From Phaeosaccion multiseriatum (taxonomy: Eukaryota; Protista; Ochrophyta, other classes): a stretch of DNA of 64,000 nt. The notes beneath the pieces were generated by a model that had not been told where the DNA came from, searched no databases, and saw nothing but the letters and a program-made list of their open reading frames with translations. Position 1 is the first letter of the stretch. Every line of letters starts with the position of its first letter. This document shows, in pieces, positions 60,954 to 64,000 of this stretch. Made by a program: the position numbers and the translations under genes. The stretch lies in NCBI GenBank assembly GCA_965112735.1, contig OZ218950.1, positions 1,178,001 through 1,242,000 of the forward strand, written 5' to 3'.

Positions 60954-62259
60954 ATGCAGCGAGGAGTCAGTATCGAGGTAGGAGAGGGAAAAAAGGGAAG
61001 GAAAGGAAGACACCTCCGAGGGGGGTGAGCGGACTCTATCTTTCCCTCTCCTCTCCTCTCAACCTCTTTTACCTCCTTCCCCCCTTTTTCTCTCTGCACT
61101 ACCATCTTTCCCCGCTTGCCTTTGCCTCACAGGCTAATCGCCTGTATGAAGCCATTATCGGGGGGGACAGCGTCCAAAGGGTGCGAGCGGCCGCGAGGGC
61201 CCTCGTCGCCAAAAACGGAGGGAGGAAGGCATGCTTGGATGGGCCCCTCGATAACGAGCTGCGTCCTGCCCTGTACACAGCTGTATATGTGGGGAATGGG
61301 GACATAATTGCTCTTTTGCTGCAAGAGGGGGCGTCGCCGAATGTTGCAAGGCCTTCAAATGGCTGCACTGCACTGCTGCTCGCAGCTGAGCATGGGGATC
61401 CTGCTGCGGCACAGCAGCTGCTTTCAGCGGGTGCTAATCCCAACCACGTGGATGACAGAAATGTTTCCGGCTTCACCCCCTTGTTGATGGCCGCACAGCA
61501 TGGGCACGACAGCGTGACGCAGCTGCTGCTCAACTCCGGGGCAGATGCGGATATGGTACACCGCGGCGGATGTTCTCCGCTTGCTATTGCGAGCCAGGAA
61601 GGGCATGGTATTGTGGTGGAGCAACTCATCAGAGCTGGTGCTGACGTCAACAAACGTAACCATGAAAAGAGGAGAACGGTGTTGATGCCAGCGTGCACCT
61701 ACGGCCACCGAAGTATTGTACGAAAACTGCTCAGGGCTGGTGCCGAGGTGAATGCACTGAGTGGCGACGGGTTCGGAGCGATACACTTGGCGTCTACAAA
61801 TGGCCATGCTCGTGTCGTGGAGGAACTCGTCTCAGGAGGGGCCGATGTGGAGATGCCCAACAGTGAGGGCCTCACAGCTCTGTACATGGCTACTTATCTT
61901 GGCCACAGGGCAGTGATCCGTGAACTCTTGTCTGCGGGGGCTGATCCGGACAGGGGGGCAATGTCAATGGGATGATGTCCTTGTTTGTTGCGGCAATGAA
62001 GGGTCACACTGGGGCGGTGATGGAGCTTCTCTCAGGAGGGGCCTCCCTGGCAAAGGCTCTGACTCAGGCACGAGGGAGTCACGCTGTAACCTCAATCGAG
62101 CGCCTTCTGGCCGCGGACAGACAGCACTTTGCGTCACAAAGCGCTTTGGACCTGATGCGAGGCACTGACCCTCTCTTTCGCAAGGAAGGGAGGCTGAAGG
62201 TGTCCCAGAGAGAGCTTAGCCCTGAGGTGCTGCAGGAGGTGGCGGAGGAGATGGCATGA
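60954..62259 (+). CDS. Ankyrin-repeat protein (about 8 repeats); exon 60954-60977, intron 60978-61132, exon 61133-62259 with a frameshift at the G6 run 61953-61958
   Basis: Repeats GCTALLLAAEHG, GFTPLLMAAQHGH, GCSPLAIASQEGH, GLTALYMATYLGH with LLxxGAD/N; GAG|GTAGGA donor and pyrimidine-rich CAG acceptor; one extra G joins ORF 61025..61975 to ORF 61972..62259. Confidence 0.88.
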
Positions 62260-63280
62260 ACAGAGGAGTGCCTCTCACCGGCGGTGTGGAGTCGGCTTGG
62301 GAAAGGAGGACTGGTGCTGATCTGAGGGAGAGGACGAGGATGAGAAGGAAGGGGTGCGTGGGCGTAGGAGGTCAGCGTGAGGGGCTGGGGGGTAGGCTGT
62401 TCGCTACCACTCTCCAGGACGCAGTGTCTTTGTAACAAACAGGACCTAAGTTACGAAAAGAAGGAGAGACGGGAAAGAGCGCAGATTGGGAACCGTGATC
62501 GTGACTGACGTTTAACAAGGCAAAAAGTAGACAAAATATTCACAACGCTGGAACAAAACGAATCAATGCTTGGACTTGACTGTCCTTGATTGGCGCCTCC
62601 CCGCCTCTCATCATCTCTCCCTCCATCTCTCTCTATCCACATCCCTCTTATCTCTCTTCTCTCTCTCTCTCTCTCTGCTGCTCCATAGAGAAGAACGCAA
62701 CTTCCGGTGTGTCTCCCTCTCTCTCTCTCTCTCTCTCGCTCCATAAGAAGACAAGTTGACCATCGATCAGTGGAAGGCCGGCAAGTCTGTACGGCCTACT
62801 TTGGATGAGACAGGCGCCTACCACTTCCCCACCTGAGGTGACCAAGAGAGTGAACAATCACAAAGCAAGGCCATCACCATGGCATGGAAGGGAAGAGAGG
62901 CGGCGAAAGAGAGGGGGGAGGGGGGAAGGGAGGGGGAGGAGAGAGAGAGGTGTGGGGAGAGGTAGCGCGAAGGAAAATCGAGCAGAACGGCAACGGCATT
63001 GGTGGGTGAGGGATCCGCGGCAGGATCGATTCAGCTCAACGCGCACAAGCAATCGCATCATGCAAACAATATCAAAACACACACACACACACACATATCC
63101 ACACACATATCCACATGCCCATGGGGCAAGAAGACGGCAGGGGTACTCGGTAAAGAGCAACGCAACACCACAGAACAAACACATGGGCCCTCAGTACAAC
63201 GCATCTGGATCATGCTTGCTCGTAACGTCGTGCTTCCCTTCCGTTTCCCTTCCTTTCCCTCCTCTCCCCTTCCTTGCTTA

Positions 63281-63790
63281 CATTTGCGAAAGCAGCAGGC
63301 CTTTACGGTCATCGATTCGGCCCCGTCCTTCTCCTGCCGCTGCCCCTGCTGCCCCCGTCCCTGCCTTTGCCCCTGCCCATACTCCTCCTGCTGCTGCCGC
63401 TCCTGCCCCTCCGCCTGCCCCTCCTCCTGCCTCTTCTCCTGCCCTTGCTCCTGCCCTCCGATCTGATGTTCTTCTTGAGGTTGACGATGATAATGATAAT
63501 GATGACGATGATGATGATGATGGTGGTGATGATGACAGCAGCGTGGGAAGGCTCTCCTCCAAGAAGTCCGTGGCTCGCATGTCTGAGTACTGTGCTCCCA
63601 TCACCTCCGCTGCTGCCTCCGCCTCCACCTCCGCCTGCCCTGCACAAGCAGTGGCAGCGGCAGCGGCAGCGACATTGGCGGCTTCTGTCTCTGCCTGTGT
63701 TGGTTCTTCGTCGTCATCCAAGTCGCTGCAATTTGTTGGAATCGTCTGAAGGAGGTCAGACAGATCCGTCCGGGCGACGCCGCGCTTCTC
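63281..63790 (-). CDS. Low-complexity (Ala/Ser/Glu/Gly-rich) exon of an unidentified gene, probably continuing beyond the window
   Basis: ORF 63278..63958 has a protein-like core (DLSDLLQTIPTNCSDLDDDEEP...), ends at a GTAAGC donor-like site and is preceded by a CT-repeat tract; no recognisable domain. Confidence 0.35.
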
Positions 63791-63817
63791 AAGAGGTGAG
63801 AAACACGCACACACACA

Positions 63818-63827
63818 GAGAGAGAAG

Positions 63828-63865
<38 letters not shown>

Positions 63866-63945
63866 AGAGAGAGACAAGAGGGGGAGAGAGAGAGATAGAC
63901 CGAGGACGAGAGGGAGGGAGAGGAGAGAGAGAGAGACAGAAAGAT
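63818..63945. repeat. (GA)n microsatellite region
   Basis: Direct inspection. Confidence 0.85.
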
Positions 63946-64000
63946 AGACAGGGAACAAGACAGAGGACAGAGGACAGAAAAAAGGAGGCGGAAGGGGGGG

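Noticed and set aside
1-64000. Firm taxonomic assignment (GGGA/CCCT intron repeats recall eustigmatophyte algae)
   Set aside because: There is no marker gene in the window and microsatellite style is not diagnostic; only a eukaryotic origin is supported.

Overview
Eukaryotic (probably algal/protist) genomic DNA with GT-AG introns and microsatellite-rich introns. About 90% of the window is one minus-strand gene, from the likely ATG at 57894 to beyond position 1. It encodes a giant modular PKS-NRPS hybrid: 22 exons and 21 introns traced by hand, about 52.9 kb of CDS and at least 17,630 aa. Architecture: KS(Cys->Ser)-ACP | KS-AT-DH-ER*-KR-ACP | KS-DH-ER-KR-ACP x2 | KS-AT-DH-ER-KR-ACP | KS-AT-KR-ACP | KS-DH-ER-KR-ACP | KS-AT-KR-ACP | C-A-PCP | KS-ACP | KS-AT-KR-ACP | C-A-PCP | terminal domain. 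The last exon (2287->1) is missing from the ORF track because it has no stop inside the window. Instead of a thioesterase or reductase it encodes three repeats of a hydrophobic helix pair plus left-handed beta-helix, the C-terminal domain of epsilon-poly-L-lysine synthetase (Pls)-type NRPSs. All nine extension KS domains carry an intron at the same position and phase, so several modules are single frame-preserving exons. The gene was built by nested duplications (periods 5,223, 9,714 and 10,830 bp), and the copies differ most conspicuously in specificity-determining segments. It has two lesions: an in-frame TAG at 51057-51059 and a 2-bp homopolymer deletion at 45808-45813. The right end holds a degenerate gene, an ankyrin-repeat gene and a low-complexity exon.
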